Assembly: GCA_015680685.1 (NCBI GenBank)
Contig: MNCI01002568.1
Span: 984,116-1,048,115, forward strand
Origin: Gnetum montanum
Taxonomy: Eukaryota; Plantae; Gnetophyta
DNA: 64,000 nt
Direction of reading: 5' to 3'
The position numbers and the translations under genes are program-made. Positions 48,347 through 62,081 of this stretch are shown here, piece after piece. Below the pieces are notes generated by a model. The model was not told the DNA's origin, made no database searches, and worked only from the letters and a program-made list of their open reading frames with translations. Within the stretch, counting starts at the first letter, position 1. Every line of letters begins with the position of its first letter.

Positions 48347-49909
48347 AAATTCTAGATAAATGTGAACTAGAACCTCTAGAACTTAAAACTTTATTGGGTA
48401 CACTTAAATATGCTTTCCTAAATAATAAAAAACAAGTTATCATAAATCTCAATCTTGAAAAGAATAGAAAAGAAGATTACTAAATATCGTAAAAAAATGA
48501 CCGATTGCATTTGCATGGTCTTATGATGAAATAACAAGGATTGATTCACAAATCTATCAAAATAGTATCTATAAAAATTCAACTATTAAACCATTTTGTC
48601 AACCTCAATGAAGACTAAATCCAAAGCTTAAAGAGATCATAAAACAAAAATTGGAAAAACTATTGAAGGCAAGGTTCATCAACCTCATTAGGAATAGTTA
48701 ATAAATCAATTCATTTGTCATTGTCCCAAAGAAACATGACAAGTGGAGGGTCTAGATAGATTTTAGGTTATTAAATATGGCAACATTCAAAGATCATTTT
48801 CCTTTGTCATGTATTAACCAAGTCTTAGATACTATTACAAGGCATCCATATTATAGATTTTTGGATGGATATAGTGGGTATAACCAAATTAATTTTGCAC
48901 AATAGGATCAAAAAAAGACAATGTTCACTAGCCCATGGAGAAAAAATTGTGTGCAAACAAATGTTATTCAGCTTATGCAATGCTTCCGAAAGATTCCAAA
49001 GACTTGTACTTAGTATCTTCCAAAAACAAATTGGTAACAGAATTAAGGTGTTCATAGATGATTTCTCTACTTATGGGTTCAACTTCAAGCAAGCTTTGAA
49101 TTGTTTAGAGTAACTTTTGAAAAGATGTTTTGAAACAAATTTAAAGCTCAATTGGTAGAAGAACATTTAATGATCTAGAAGGGCTAGTTTTAGGGCATAA
49201 GGTAACACAGAAAGGAATAGAGATAAATCTCAATAAAATTAGAGTCATCCAAAATATTACCCAGAGGCCATAGACAATTGAGGATGTTAGATCATTTCTT
49301 AGTCACATAGGCTATTACAAAAGATTTATTGAAAATTTTTCAAAGATGGATAAATTGCTAATGAAATGAATGAAGAAAGATGCACCATTCCATTTGTTAG
49401 AAGAATGTGAAAAGATATTTGAAAGCTTAAAACAAAAGCTAATTGAGACACTAATCTTAAGAACTTTGAATTGGTTAAAACCTTGCCACATCATGATAGA
49501 TGCTTTGAACAATGCACTAGGGGCAATGCTAACTCAACTAGATGATAAAAAAAACCCTACTATCTACACTACACTTGTTCAAGCATTATTGAAGAACAAA
49601 TAGACTATATGACTACAAAAAATAAACTTAATACTATAGTATATGCACTTGAGAAATTCAGACATTATGTGATTAGGTAGTCAATCTATGTTCATATTGA
49701 CCATAATGCAATCATATTCCTAATGAATAAACCAATGTTTAGTCCAAGAGTGATTTAGTGGCTTGTCATATTACAAGAATTAGATATTTCCATGATTGAT
49801 AGAAAAGGAATTAAAAATGTTATCATTAATCATTTGTTAAGACTACAATGGGATCCTTAAGATAATAAATAATCTCTGTTAGACCAATTTCTTGATGAGT
49901 TTCTATTCT

Positions 49910-52900
49910 AACTTCATCTTTTATTTTTTCTCTTCATCTATGTTGAAAAAGCAACCCAACCTCTATATTTATCCCAAACATAGAGCTAAAAATATCTCCT
50001 CTTTTAGTTAGACATCTTCTAAGCACTTGGAACATCTTCATGTTTTTTTTTCCAACTCAAAGCAAAGACATATTTCCATCTACCTAACCCTACAAATTGA
50101 TCACTTATAAGGATGAAAAAGAACATGGAAGATGTGTTCCTACACCAACTCTACCTCCCTTCAAAATGTGAACTTAGGTGAATAAGAGAGTAGGGGTAGA
50201 AGTGATTCCCCACTCAACAAGTTTAGTCTCATGAACTTATACAACATTATCAATAGTTTGATCCTTCCACTAGATCAAGTACTCAAGCCTCATCACTCCA
50301 AAAGTGTTGGAAGCTTCTCTCTTCTTGAGTAGAATTACCTTCCTCTCCTACGAAGATTTGGACTTATCAATAGCCTCCATTAATTCATCGATGCACCTTA
50401 TAAGATTTCATCATCCACTAGTCTATGGTAATGTACAAGATCTACAATACTAAATACAAAAGACATATACACATCATTTAGTAAGTCAATTTCAAAAGCA
50501 TTATTGTTAATTTTGGTATTTATCTTGAAAGGACCATCTTTTTAGCTTTCAACTTTGAGAAGTTGACACCTCTCAATCTCTTCTTCTTTAAATGTATCCA
50601 AACAAGATCACCAACATCAAATTTGGGCTTCTTCTTACCCTCATTCCTCTTAAGAACTCCTAGTTTGGCCTTCTTAAAAATATTAGCCTTTACCTGAGCG
50701 TGAAGATCCTTCATCTCTTACACAAAATTAGCACTCAATTGAGCTTCTTCATCAAAGCTCCTCATATTGTCCACCATGTTTGGACTGAACCCATAATAAA
50801 CCTTAAATGGGCTTTTTTCAATAGCAACATGAAAAAAATTATTATAAGAAAATTTAGCACAGCATGACAAATTTTCTCACCTATGGAATTATCCTTCACA
50901 CAAACATCTCAAAATATTTATTAAAGATTTATTGACCACTTTAGTTTGGCCATCGGATTGTGGATGATATGTACCAAGAAAATTTAACTTTGTCCCTAAA
51001 ATATTTTAAATGGACCTCCAAAACTGACTAGTAAACTCGAAGTCTTGTTCAAAAGCAATATTCAAAGGAATTCCATGCAGCTTCACAACATGCTAGAAAA
51101 ACAAATTTACAACATGAGATGTATCACTCATATTTTTACATGGAATGAAATGTTTCATCTTAAAGAATCTATCCATCATCACAAAAATAGCATCATTATT
51201 ACTTTTGTTCTTCAAAATCCCACTCACAAAATCCATTAATGTACTTTGCTATGAACCTTTGCAAATTGACAAAGGCATATAATGTCCCTGAACAGCTTTA
51301 CCACTCTTGAATTTCTAACATGTCAAACACTCCACAAATTTGGAGACTTCAGAGGCCATTCAAGGTCATAAATATTACCTACCCATAAGCTCCAATGTTT
51401 TAACTCTACCCATGTGACTTTCCATGTCACCACAATGCTTTTTAATCAATATTTTTCTCCTAAAATCACAATTGGGAATAAAAATCTTTCCATTCTTGAA
51501 TAGTAGTTCATTTTAAATATGATAGTTCCTCCATTTATCTATCCTACTTAACAATGATTCCTTGAGGCTTTCTCAAACCTACCAAAAATTAGAACCATGT
51601 TCATATAAATCAAGAAAATCATTCATACCTTCCACATGAGGTACATTGAAATTCACCATAAGCATCCTAGAAAATGCATCTACTACCACATTAACTTTAC
51701 CATTTTTCTACTTGAGTATAAAATTGAACTCTTGCAATTATGCCACCCACTTTAGGTATTTGGTACTCAACTTATTTTTGAAATTAAGAAATTGAAGTTC
51801 TTTGTGGCAACAAGTAATGTCTCTAATGCTTGATTGCTTGAAGAATAGCGTACAATTTCTTCTCATATATGCTATATTTCTACCTTGACTCATTTAGCCT
51901 CTTTGAAAAGAAAGCAATAGGTCCACCTTCTTGTGAAAGAATCCTTCCAATGATAAGTCCACTTGCATCCACCTTCACTTGAAAAAGCTTCTAAAAATAT
52001 AGTATTGTAAGTACAACTCATTAGTTATTTTTTTCTTCAACAAGTCAAAGCTCCTTTAGGTCTCATCACCCCATCTAAAATCTTGATTCTTCTTAAGAAA
52101 AGTAAACATAGGCCATGAAATACCATTGAAATTTTTTATGAACCATATGTAAAAGCTTGCTAAACTAAGAAATAATCTTACCTCCCCAAAAATTTGAGGA
52201 CTTGGCCAATCTCTAATAACCTTCAACTTTGTAGTTTTCACTTTGATTTGATTTTTAGAAATCACATGTTCCAAATATATGATCTTCCTCTTAAAGGAAG
52301 GAGTCTTCTCCATATTGATCACCAAATATGCCTTCTCCAACTTAGGACACACTTACCTAGAGTGATCTAAATGCTCTTCCACATTTGAGTTGTACACTAA
52401 AATGTCATCAAATAAGATAATATAGTACCTTCTAATGAAATCTTTAAGGACATCATGCATCAACATCATGAATATTGTAGGACCATTTTTGAGTGCAAAT
52501 GGGATTACCAATCACTCAAAAAATCCACTTGAAGTCTTGAAAGCTATCTTTCATTCATGACTAGACCTTATCTAAATTTAATGGTAATCACTCTTTAAAT
52601 AAATTTTTTTTGAAGATCACTACATTAGTAAGCACATTAAGGATATCATCCAACCTTGGAATAGGAAACCTAAACCTTACTATTATCATATTCACACCCA
52701 TTGAGTTAATGCATATTCTCCATTTATCACTATCCTTCTTTAGCATAAGCACTATTTGAATTGCACATGGAAAAATTGACTCTCTCATGAATCCATTCAC
52801 AAGTAACTTATCTACTTGCCATTGCAATTCAGCCCTTTGATTTAATGGTAGCACTAGGAATGAAATCAATTTGGTGTTGGACATTCCTCATCAATGGTAA

Positions 52901-55464
52901 TCCATCCAATTCCCCTTTGAACACCTTGGGAAATTGCTCCTTCAAGCCTAGCACACTTGTTGAAAGATTTACTTGCACAAAATCATGATTGGAAGAAATA
53001 GTTGATAGAACCAAAAAACCAAAACTAGCTTCATCATGTTTCTTAAAGTGCTTTCTCTTTCCAATAAGAATTAAGGAAGCATTAAGTAAGCTTTTCTACC
53101 TCACATATTCAATTGTCATAGGAATTAGCATATGGATTTCATCAAGTCTTCCTACATTCCATACATTTCTTACTTCATCAAACTGGACACTATTATTAAA
53201 ATTCCAAGGCCTTTCTAGAATTACATCAGCACAATTAATTAGCAATACATCACATTTCACAACATCATGAAAATTCCTAATTTTAAATTTGAAGGCACAT
53301 TGCTCTTTCACCTCTTAAGAGTAATCTCTTAATAGCCAATGCATCTTGTAGGGTTTAGGATGAGAAATTCTCACTAAACCCAATCTAGCAATTGCCTTAG
53401 AAGAAATAATATTTTTCTAGGCTCCCTCATCAATAAAAACATGAAGCTATTCCTCACTAAGCAAACATGTAACCCCAATCTAAAATAAAAAATTACTTGT
53501 TGGATGGTCTCCTCTATTCACATTTCTCATACATGTATAAAACTTTAATCATGAAACTTTCTCAATTTTGGGAGCATTAGGATTACCTTTCAGAAAAACT
53601 TAACCTAATGTCTCATTTGCCTTCATGGTTTGTATGTCCTTACCCTTGGCTACCTTATGAAGTGGACATTCCCATTGCTTGTGTCCACACTCTCTACATT
53701 TGAAGCATTGAATCTTGGCTGAGTTACTACCTTGACCCTTGCCTCCTTTACCTTGGTCCTTGTTGGATTTTTCCTTCTCATCATCTTTTCATGCTTCTTG
53801 TCATGGATACCTTTCTTGTCTTTAGATTTAGACTTGGATTCCTTTTCAGATATGGATCCCTTATCCTTTCTCTTTGAAGCTTATTTTCCCATATTCCTAA
53901 ATCCACTGAGTTTCTTCTCTACCTTGAGTGCTAAATCATAAGCCATATCAAGGGTTTGAGGGTTATAGAATGACAACTCTTACTAGTAAGTCATCTTGAA
54001 ATCTCCCAAAAAGATTGAAGCTTATTCATACTCCTTTCAGTTTACCTTAGCATGATGGAATAAATTCCAAAAGTTAATGTAAATTTCTTTAATATCTTTA
54101 TCTCCATGTCTAAGGAATTTCAACTTCATGATTATCTTTTATCTCTACCAAGATTTCAAATTTCTATTTCAACATGTATTTCATCAAGGATCAATTCCTG
54201 ATAGGTTGATCATTTTCCCTCTCATAAATTTGGGATTTTTTTTTTTGCCAAGTTGAGGCCATACCTTCTAATTTGGATTCTACAATTGATTTGGTACCTC
54301 TTCTAACTTAAAATTCTTGTCAAGCACCTTCAACCAGCTTGCAAAAGCATTAGTGTCATCTACATTGCTAAAAATTTTCAACTCCACATATGGAAGTCTT
54401 GCAACATTTATAAAAATGCTCTAGCTAGTCTTACTTCATCTTCACCATCAAGCTTTCCATGAGAAGAAGTTGATGTCAAAGATGGAACTCTTGGAGCTCT
54501 GGCATAAGAATTTGGATTCCCTTTCCTTGGAAACTTAGGCTAATGGGTTCTCACACTTCTATAGCTAAATTTTTTTTTCCTCCTCATTGGATCTCCTTTC
54601 ACCAAGCTAAGAAACTTCATCATCATCATTGAAGTAAGACTATGCATCATCACTGCATGGCTAAATACAACTCAAACCTGCATTCTAGTCTACCTTGGTA
54701 GTAATCTTATCTAATCAATCCATCATTAGCTACAAGATAGATTTTATGCTCTCCATATCTCAATTTAGGGCTTGAATGATTTTTTCTTAGGGGCCATCTA
54801 AAATAGATAAAAATATACATAGCTAAATTCCAACAACAAACCCTATGGATTTGATACAATTGTTGGAGCATGGTCATACTTATTTGCTTTAATCCTTCAA
54901 ATACCCTAAATCTAAAAATAGAAAAAATACACAAGATAACTTAATTAAAAGAAGAGTTATAAAAACTAGCTATGTTCAATTAAAATGAAAAGATTACAAT
55001 TACAACAAATCACAACTTGAATCACATTCAGTTCTTACATACGCAACACTATTATAGAGCATGAGGCTCTACAATTACATAGTAATTGACCTCAACACAA
55101 GGCTTAATCAATCCAAATCTCTTCACATATTGATCTAAGATCAAATGCATATATAAAGAGTTATGGCTAAGGTCACACATACTTGATTGTAGAGACACAT
55201 ACCCTCTCTTACAATCTCTCTATCTCATCTCTTTTTTCCATTTTTCATGTATGCTCAACAAGCAATTTAATCTCTATATTTATCTCAAACATAGGGTTGA
55301 AAATGTCTCCTCTCCTAGTTAAATGTATCCTAGGAACTTGGAACATCCTTGTATTTTTTTTCTTATTTTTTGCAGCTTGTAGCAAAGATATCTCTCTAGC
55401 TTCCTAAACCTGCAAATTGACTACATGTAGGGATGAAAAAGAGCTTAGAAGAAGTGTCCCTACA
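49910..55464 (-). mobile_element. Degenerate CRM-clade (centromeric chromovirus lineage) Ty3/gypsy nested in the host pol
   Basis: CCHC knuckle CFKCRECGHKQWECP. Motifs DVVKCDVLLINCADVILERPW, GLPLMRNVQHQIDFIP, PCAIQIVLMLKKD...RFPIPRLDDIL and FDVGDLVWIHLKKKR are CRM-type. 5' LTR 54861-55464 (TG...CA) with a decayed Met PBS (TTGTATCAAATCC). Truncated 3' LTR at about 49910-50144, next to PPT GAAGGGAGGTAGAGTTGG. Confidence 0.85.
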
Positions 55465-58400
55465 CTAAACTAATAGCTAGACATGAAGGGCCACAATAAT
55501 GGATACAACCATTAAATCCATTTGATATATGGGATATTGATTTTATGGATCTCATCACATTGTTGTCAAGTAGAAAGTGCTATATAATCATGATAGTTGA
55601 CTATTGCACTAAGTAGGTAGACATAGTTGTAGTCAAGGATTTTACAACAATAACAACTATAAAGTTTTTTCAATAACACGTGGAGAATTTGTTTGCAATC
55701 CCTAGAATGCTAATCTCAGATAATGGGATCCACTTCATTGGTACTACATTTAAGAAGCTAATGCAATACCTTGAGGTTAATCATAAACTTAGTACACCAT
55801 ATTACTTCCAAGCAAACAACCTAACCGAAGTTACTAATAGGGAAATCACTTGCATACTAACTAGAACTATTAGTAGGTATAAGAAGGAATTGGTACTAAA
55901 CTTAATGATTCACTATGGACATATCAGTCAACATGGAAACTTCCTATAGGGTGCTCTTCATATGAGCTTATCTATGGTAAATTATATACCCTACCAATTC
56001 AAGATGAAATTAATACCCTAACCATAGTTTGTGCATTAACTTAAATGTAGACTTTTCCTAGAAGGAGCAATTAATGAATCTTAGTCTATTAGAAAAAAAT
56101 GAATTAGTGGCCCAAAAAAGCAATGAAACTCATAAGAAATACTCTAAATGCTAACATGATGCTACGATTAGGTAAGTTTTTATCAAACTTGGAGATAGAG
56201 TCCTTTACTATAACCTAAACTATGTGACTCAAAAACTTTCAACTTTAGGGGAAGCACCCTACATAATCCATGCTGTGTATAATTCCAACATCATGCAAAT
56301 CTATGATCCAACTGATCTACAGAAACTTATTCTTATCAATATTCAACATGTTAAGCCATTTCATGACTTTCCACCATTAGGGGACTATACCATGAATCTT
56401 ACCCAAACCACCTCTCATTCAGGATTTTGTATTTCCTCCTTAAACAATAGTTATATGGGAGTCACTTCTAATCCTTAGGCATTGTAAGATTTTTTTACAA
56501 TTTTTCTTAATTTTTCGTAATTTCTTATTATTTTTCTAAATTCTTATATTTTCTTAATACTTTAATATCTTTACTATTCTTTGATATTTTCACAATTTCT
56601 TACCATTTTTTCTAATTCTTTAATATCTTTTAAGTTCTTTATACATTTTTATTTTTTTTGTAAATCTTTGATTCTTTATACAATTTTTTCATTTTCCAAG
56701 TACAAAATTTTGTTAATTTTCTAGTAAAGTATTAGGTAATAAGAAAGATGTAGTTGAATAGTAATAATTTTACACTATGTTATCAAATCATTGAAGGACA
56801 AATTATATATACAATAAGACCACATCATCCATACACTCATTTCAAATAATAAGAGGTTCTTACCATGAACATAATGAAATTTTCATCATAAATAAACTAA
56901 AATAAACAGGTGATCATTATGCCTTAATGAAAAGGTAAAGAACCAAATGGGAATAAAAAGGGTATGACATTAAGGAGATTTGCGGATCCTCTAAAGCTTC
57001 TACTATGAGTCTTATTACATTGTCAAGTTGTATCATTTACTTGTGTTTCAACACAAAATGGAAACATATTATAAAATAAATTTTGTCTTGTCATGTCATT
57101 GGAAAGACATGTTATCCATGCTTGAAGGTAGTTCTTTAGTAAGGTTGACATAGTGTTACATAATAAATTCACATAATAAAAATTCATGGGGTACCACTCG
57201 AAAGACATGATACCCATGCTTGAAGGTAGGCTACTTCTTAGGAATATAAAAAGGTTTCTTGGACTTATATTAGTTATGAGGATAGAAAGAAATGTTACCC
57301 ATGCTTGAAGGCACTCATCTATCCAATGGCCAAGTCTCCTTCAAAATAAATTACTTAATTCATAAATTGTTGCCTTATTCTTCATCGCCAAGTAATGATA
57401 TTTCCTATAGTTGTGATGGTCTTATGGTTGTAAGTTTTGGAATGATACAATGTGATGTCACTAGTAAGTGGTATGAACGTGGTTTGGATCCTAGTAAAAG
57501 GTGATAATGAATACTTTAATCATGCAATACACATATAATTCATTATGTTTATGGTAAGATACCTCACATCTCATTTTTACAATTCCTACTATTACTCTTT
57601 TACTTCACTGTTATATATAATCATAATTTAATGGTTTTGTATCACATAGTGTTATTTTCTTACTAGGGCAATACTAACATGTGCATTTTGGAAGATGGGT
57701 ATGATTTACATTTAGCTCCTTGAGTATCCATAGACACTTGTAGGTACAGTTATACAAGTGCATTTAGGGTAGAACCTCCTTTAGGGAGGACCCACTTGTA
57801 TAACTCATATGATTTATACTTGACAACCGACTCCACATCATCTTGTACCTCCTAGATATGTTATGAATAATCACCACTTTTCTAGATATATATATTTATT
57901 CATAAACTCAACAATTTTGATCATACCATTCCCTAAACTCCAGTTGATTTAGCTTGCTCAAACTCCTTACCTAACATTATTTCCACACCAAAATACCATA
58001 TTTTAAGAATCATCCCTGATCAAAGAACTCTTTGGAATGTCTTAACACCTTGTAAGTTATCCAATCCTTTAATTTTTTTCTCTCAAAATACACAAATATT
58101 TTGAAAATTTTAAAGTTGATATCATAGATAAGATATCACATCACCTACGATATTGCATCTATGATACTATATCTATAATATCACACATATAAAATACTAT
58201 ATATATGTACAGATCATTAAGAAAATTTTTACTTTTTTCATTTCATGCAAGAGGAGTTCATTTAATTTTTCTATCAAATAACTTTCTAAGCTTCATATCT
58301 TCCTCATCAAACACCTACTTTAAACCACTTTTGATTCCTTTTGCTTTCAAAGTAAGCATCTCAGTCATGGGGGAGAATGTTTGCACATAATCCTGCATAT

Positions 58401-60663
58401 TTTTCAAATTTTCTTTAATGCTTGAAAGACTATTTAAGAGTAAGTATTATAAACTATAATACATAATAGTAGGATTTTAATTTAATCTAAGCCACTAAAC
58501 TTACAAATTTCTCTTCAATTAACATTCTCACAATTTTTAAATAATAAATTAGGGATAAGTAACAAGTCATTCAACAATAGGATTTTAATATGATTTAAGC
58601 TAATAAACTTACAAATTTCTCTTCAATTGACATTTTGGCATGTTTAAACAATAAGTTAAGAATAAGTGATAGGTCATTCAAGTTAAACTTGTTTCCAATC
58701 ATTAGGAAAATTATTTAATTAAGGATTTTTTTCTAAAATAGGGCTTTTTCTAATTTGAGGAATTTTCAAACAATGACTATGTATGATATTTATAATTACA
58801 ACCCAAAATCTGATGGAAGGTTATGAACTATTAGAAATTTTTCCAAAATATTTTAGTAATCCTAAAATTTCTTGTGATTGTAGATGCTACTAAAATGGAT
58901 ATTTGAAGTAGCAAGACCATCACAACCTAGAGAAAAGAGGCCTAGTGAGAGAGGTAGAGGATGAGGAGAAGGACAAATACCAACCCAAGAGCAAGAAGCA
59001 CAATCTAATTTGATCCAGTAGCTTACACTAGAAATAGGATAGGTTGTTGAAGAAAAGGCTACAACACCACCTACTCTGGAGCAAGGGCAATGCCTCACAC
59101 TCTCAAATGACTATCCATAGACCATTTAAGAAAAGTTCATCATGTTCACTATCATAGTGAAACTGAATTTTGGGCCATTTATGGAGTTCACATCTTCAGA
59201 GGTATGTGAACAATTGTAAGCATTACTCTTCTTGCCTATTATTTCAAGCAATAGTGAATGGTATTTTGGGGAGACATATTAATTTTGACATAACTAGTAG
59301 GATGATTCCACTGTAACGATTGAAGGAGTTATGGTTTTATACTTAGTGGAAGCCATCGCTAAAGCATTAAATCTACGACATGTCAAAGCCATCATTGCTC
59401 AAATATCTACAAGATTTAACACACATGCTAGAAACTTATGGTTGTAAAGGACATGTCGAATGATAGAAAAAGAATACAATGGATTTTCCATGGTAGAGAA
59501 AATTTATTTCAAGATAGGAACATACCACATCTTTTCTACCAAAAGGCTCAACAAATGTGAAGAAGGAGCAGAATATGCTTGAGGAAAGAATTCATCAACT
59601 AAGGGAATAATTTATGAAAGTTAACCTAGACATGTGATAGTTGGCTAGAGAAAATAGAACTTTATTAATGGAGGAAGTGCACATAGTTAGGAAAAAATCA
59701 TTTGTTAAGATTAATGCATGGAAGAATGAGACCAAGAAGCATGAAAGACTTAAGAAATATTTTAGAGAACAAGTGGGCCTATATAAACAGATTAATGAAA
59801 AGAAGATCTAGATGGAAAATGCCAAAATTATCTCCATCACATAGCAACTACCTAATTTGTAATCCATCATGAATAGCCTCACCTTGGTCCACCAAGAAAA
59901 GCTTAAAAAAAAAAAGATCTACAAATTAAAAATTTGACAAAGTACATGGAGTTAGCAAACCAGCAATATGCTAACTTGATCATGTTAACAGTAGGTAGAC
60001 CAAGGATAAAACTAGAGCATCAATTGGCTAGCATGTGTTGCATGTATGAAAAAGAGTTTGTAGACATAAAAGATGCACAACATAAGCTCTACATTATAAA
60101 CTTTGAACTGCAAGTAGTCAAGGCAAGTTATCAAAACCATAAAGATGTAGTAATAAACTTGGCCAAAAGAATGATAGATTATCAAGAGTTGTAAAACATG
60201 TCCAAGGCTTTTGAGGTGAAACTAACATAGTTTGTAGTATTATATGTCCTTGGAAAGTGCCAATACTAGAGAACATCACCAAGATGGCATGGACTGTGCA
60301 TGATCCTAAGACTGAAGAAGAGAAGCTAAGAGCATTGTTGAGTAAATACTAGTTTAGAAAGCCATATGAAAAATGGAAGAAGCCAATGGAGGAGCTATCA
60401 CCTCAAGGGTTAAGAGACTACATCAAGTTTTGATTTTGTTTTGTTTTATTTTATTTTTATTATCAAACTTTGTCATGTGTTAATCATGTTCTGCATGATA
60501 CTCTTGTAATACCACTCAAATAAAGGCACAACATTCATAGTCAATAGTAGTTAGTCATGTATATATATCATGTTATCGAGTCTATGTAACCCACAAGTTT
60601 GTAATGACTCTATTCTTATTTTTTTAAAACTCGAGAACGAGTTTTCAGTTAGTTGTGAGGGTA

Positions 60664-61555
60664 TGATAAAATATTTGATGTAAACAACTATGATATCGTA
60701 GACGCCATATCGTAGCTCCATTTGCAATGTCGTAGATATGATATAGTGGGCCATGGTCATACTTATAAATATAAGCCCACCATCATGTCAAGTGTCACAT
60801 TTTTGTTGACCCTTAGTGAAATTCTTGTAGTTTATTTTTGTGAACTTAGAGTTAGTTGTGAATACCTGCAATGTGGTGAACTACAATTGTATGATATCTT
60901 TATTCAAGTCAGTTGTTCCTAAATATAATTTATGATCAAGTGGATTGTTCCTAAACATAATTCATGATTAACAATAAAGACTGAGATTGTTTTTCATCAT
61001 TGCAATATCTCACATAGAATAGATTTACATTCCTATATCTTTTACTTTTATATTGTCATTTACATTTCCTAAGTCATTTACTATTACCATTATTTATTAA
61101 TATGGATTGAATAAGTATGACTAGTTTTGAATGTAAAGTGCAATTATTTGGTAACCTAGTAGTGACTTTACTTAATTCACTCAATGATAAAGTTACTTGG
61201 TAACCCTAATAACAATTACATTAGCGTAGGATATGTACGACAAGCTATGACCATATATTTATCACTAATAGGCTAGAATAGTTTTACACTTTCGTTATCT
61301 TTAGTTAATATAATTGATACCTAGCTTTTACTATGTTTACTATTAGCACACTTAGAGTCAAAACAACATCGACTGATCATTTGTCTCACTAAGAGTTAAA
61401 TCATATGTTTTGCACTTTGCTACCTCTAATGAGAAAACAATGATAGTGAATTTATCATCAACTTATAGCTCAGTAAGATGTCATAGTTTTTAGTTGGTAT
61501 GGCTAACCATGGCCATTTGACTTACCAAGTTGTACACCTACCATGCAATGTATCA
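60664..61555 (+). repeat. 3' LTR of the host Athila-like element
   Basis: Follows the same PPT as 4401. Has TATA TTATAAATA and TTGGTAACCTAGTAG repeats. Ends TATCA. The right boundary is approximate. Confidence 0.75.
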
Positions 61556-62081
61556 TAGTTTCTTTTACAAAGCCATGGTCTTTCATAATTAATGTTTGTT
61601 ATACATGGTTTCCAGCTCTCAACAAACATTTATTTGAATGCTGCGTTATTCAAACATTTATTTGAATTCCACATTTCTTTATTTAAAATTAAAAGCTATG
61701 CCATAGTCAAATTTCCAAATTAGGAAGGTACCATGCAAATGCGATTGATTGAAAACTTAGTAGCGCTGATCTGGCATGGCAGACACTGCAGACCATTCGT
61801 GGCCTCTTTTGTTTGTGTGGCCCCAAATTGCATATGCAAAAGCTCCGTGCGCAGGCTCCACATCTTAGCATGTCACGTTTTGAACATGCAATGCAATGTT
61901 AGCATGGCAATTTGGAATTTTGACCCTAAGTCGCTGCTGCTCCAATGCTTAAATAAATTCGCGTATGCCTCTTCCTGGACTGCGCTAATCCGGTGGAAAT
62001 CCGGTTCTGGCACTCTGAGCTTTCTGGTTTCCATATTTCCAAATTGGCTAAGCCTCAGTTTCAGGGCATAGTTTTAGAGGG

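Larger units (their letters stand above)
34500..61555 (+). mobile_element. Degenerate Athila-like host element with two nested insertions: gag-PR about 34.7-37.7 kb, RT-RNaseH 48352-49905, integrase 55465-56480, extra ORF about 58.9-60.4 kb, 3' LTR; 5' LTR not recognisable
   Basis: VEDVVTNISGWFYPTNFLAI...PIIMRRAW (protease region). ELEI|LDKCELEPLELK...LKYAFL is continuous across the nested element. Also VFIDDFSTYG (RT), IMIDALNNALGAML (RNaseH), FAIPRMLISDNGIHF and HKLSTPYYFQAN (integrase). Confidence 0.85.

Noticed and set aside
61733-62071. Conserved-peptide uORF before CAR (also 18779-19099)
   Set aside because: Starts, stops and frames differ among the paralogs. The similarity is explained by DNA paralogy.
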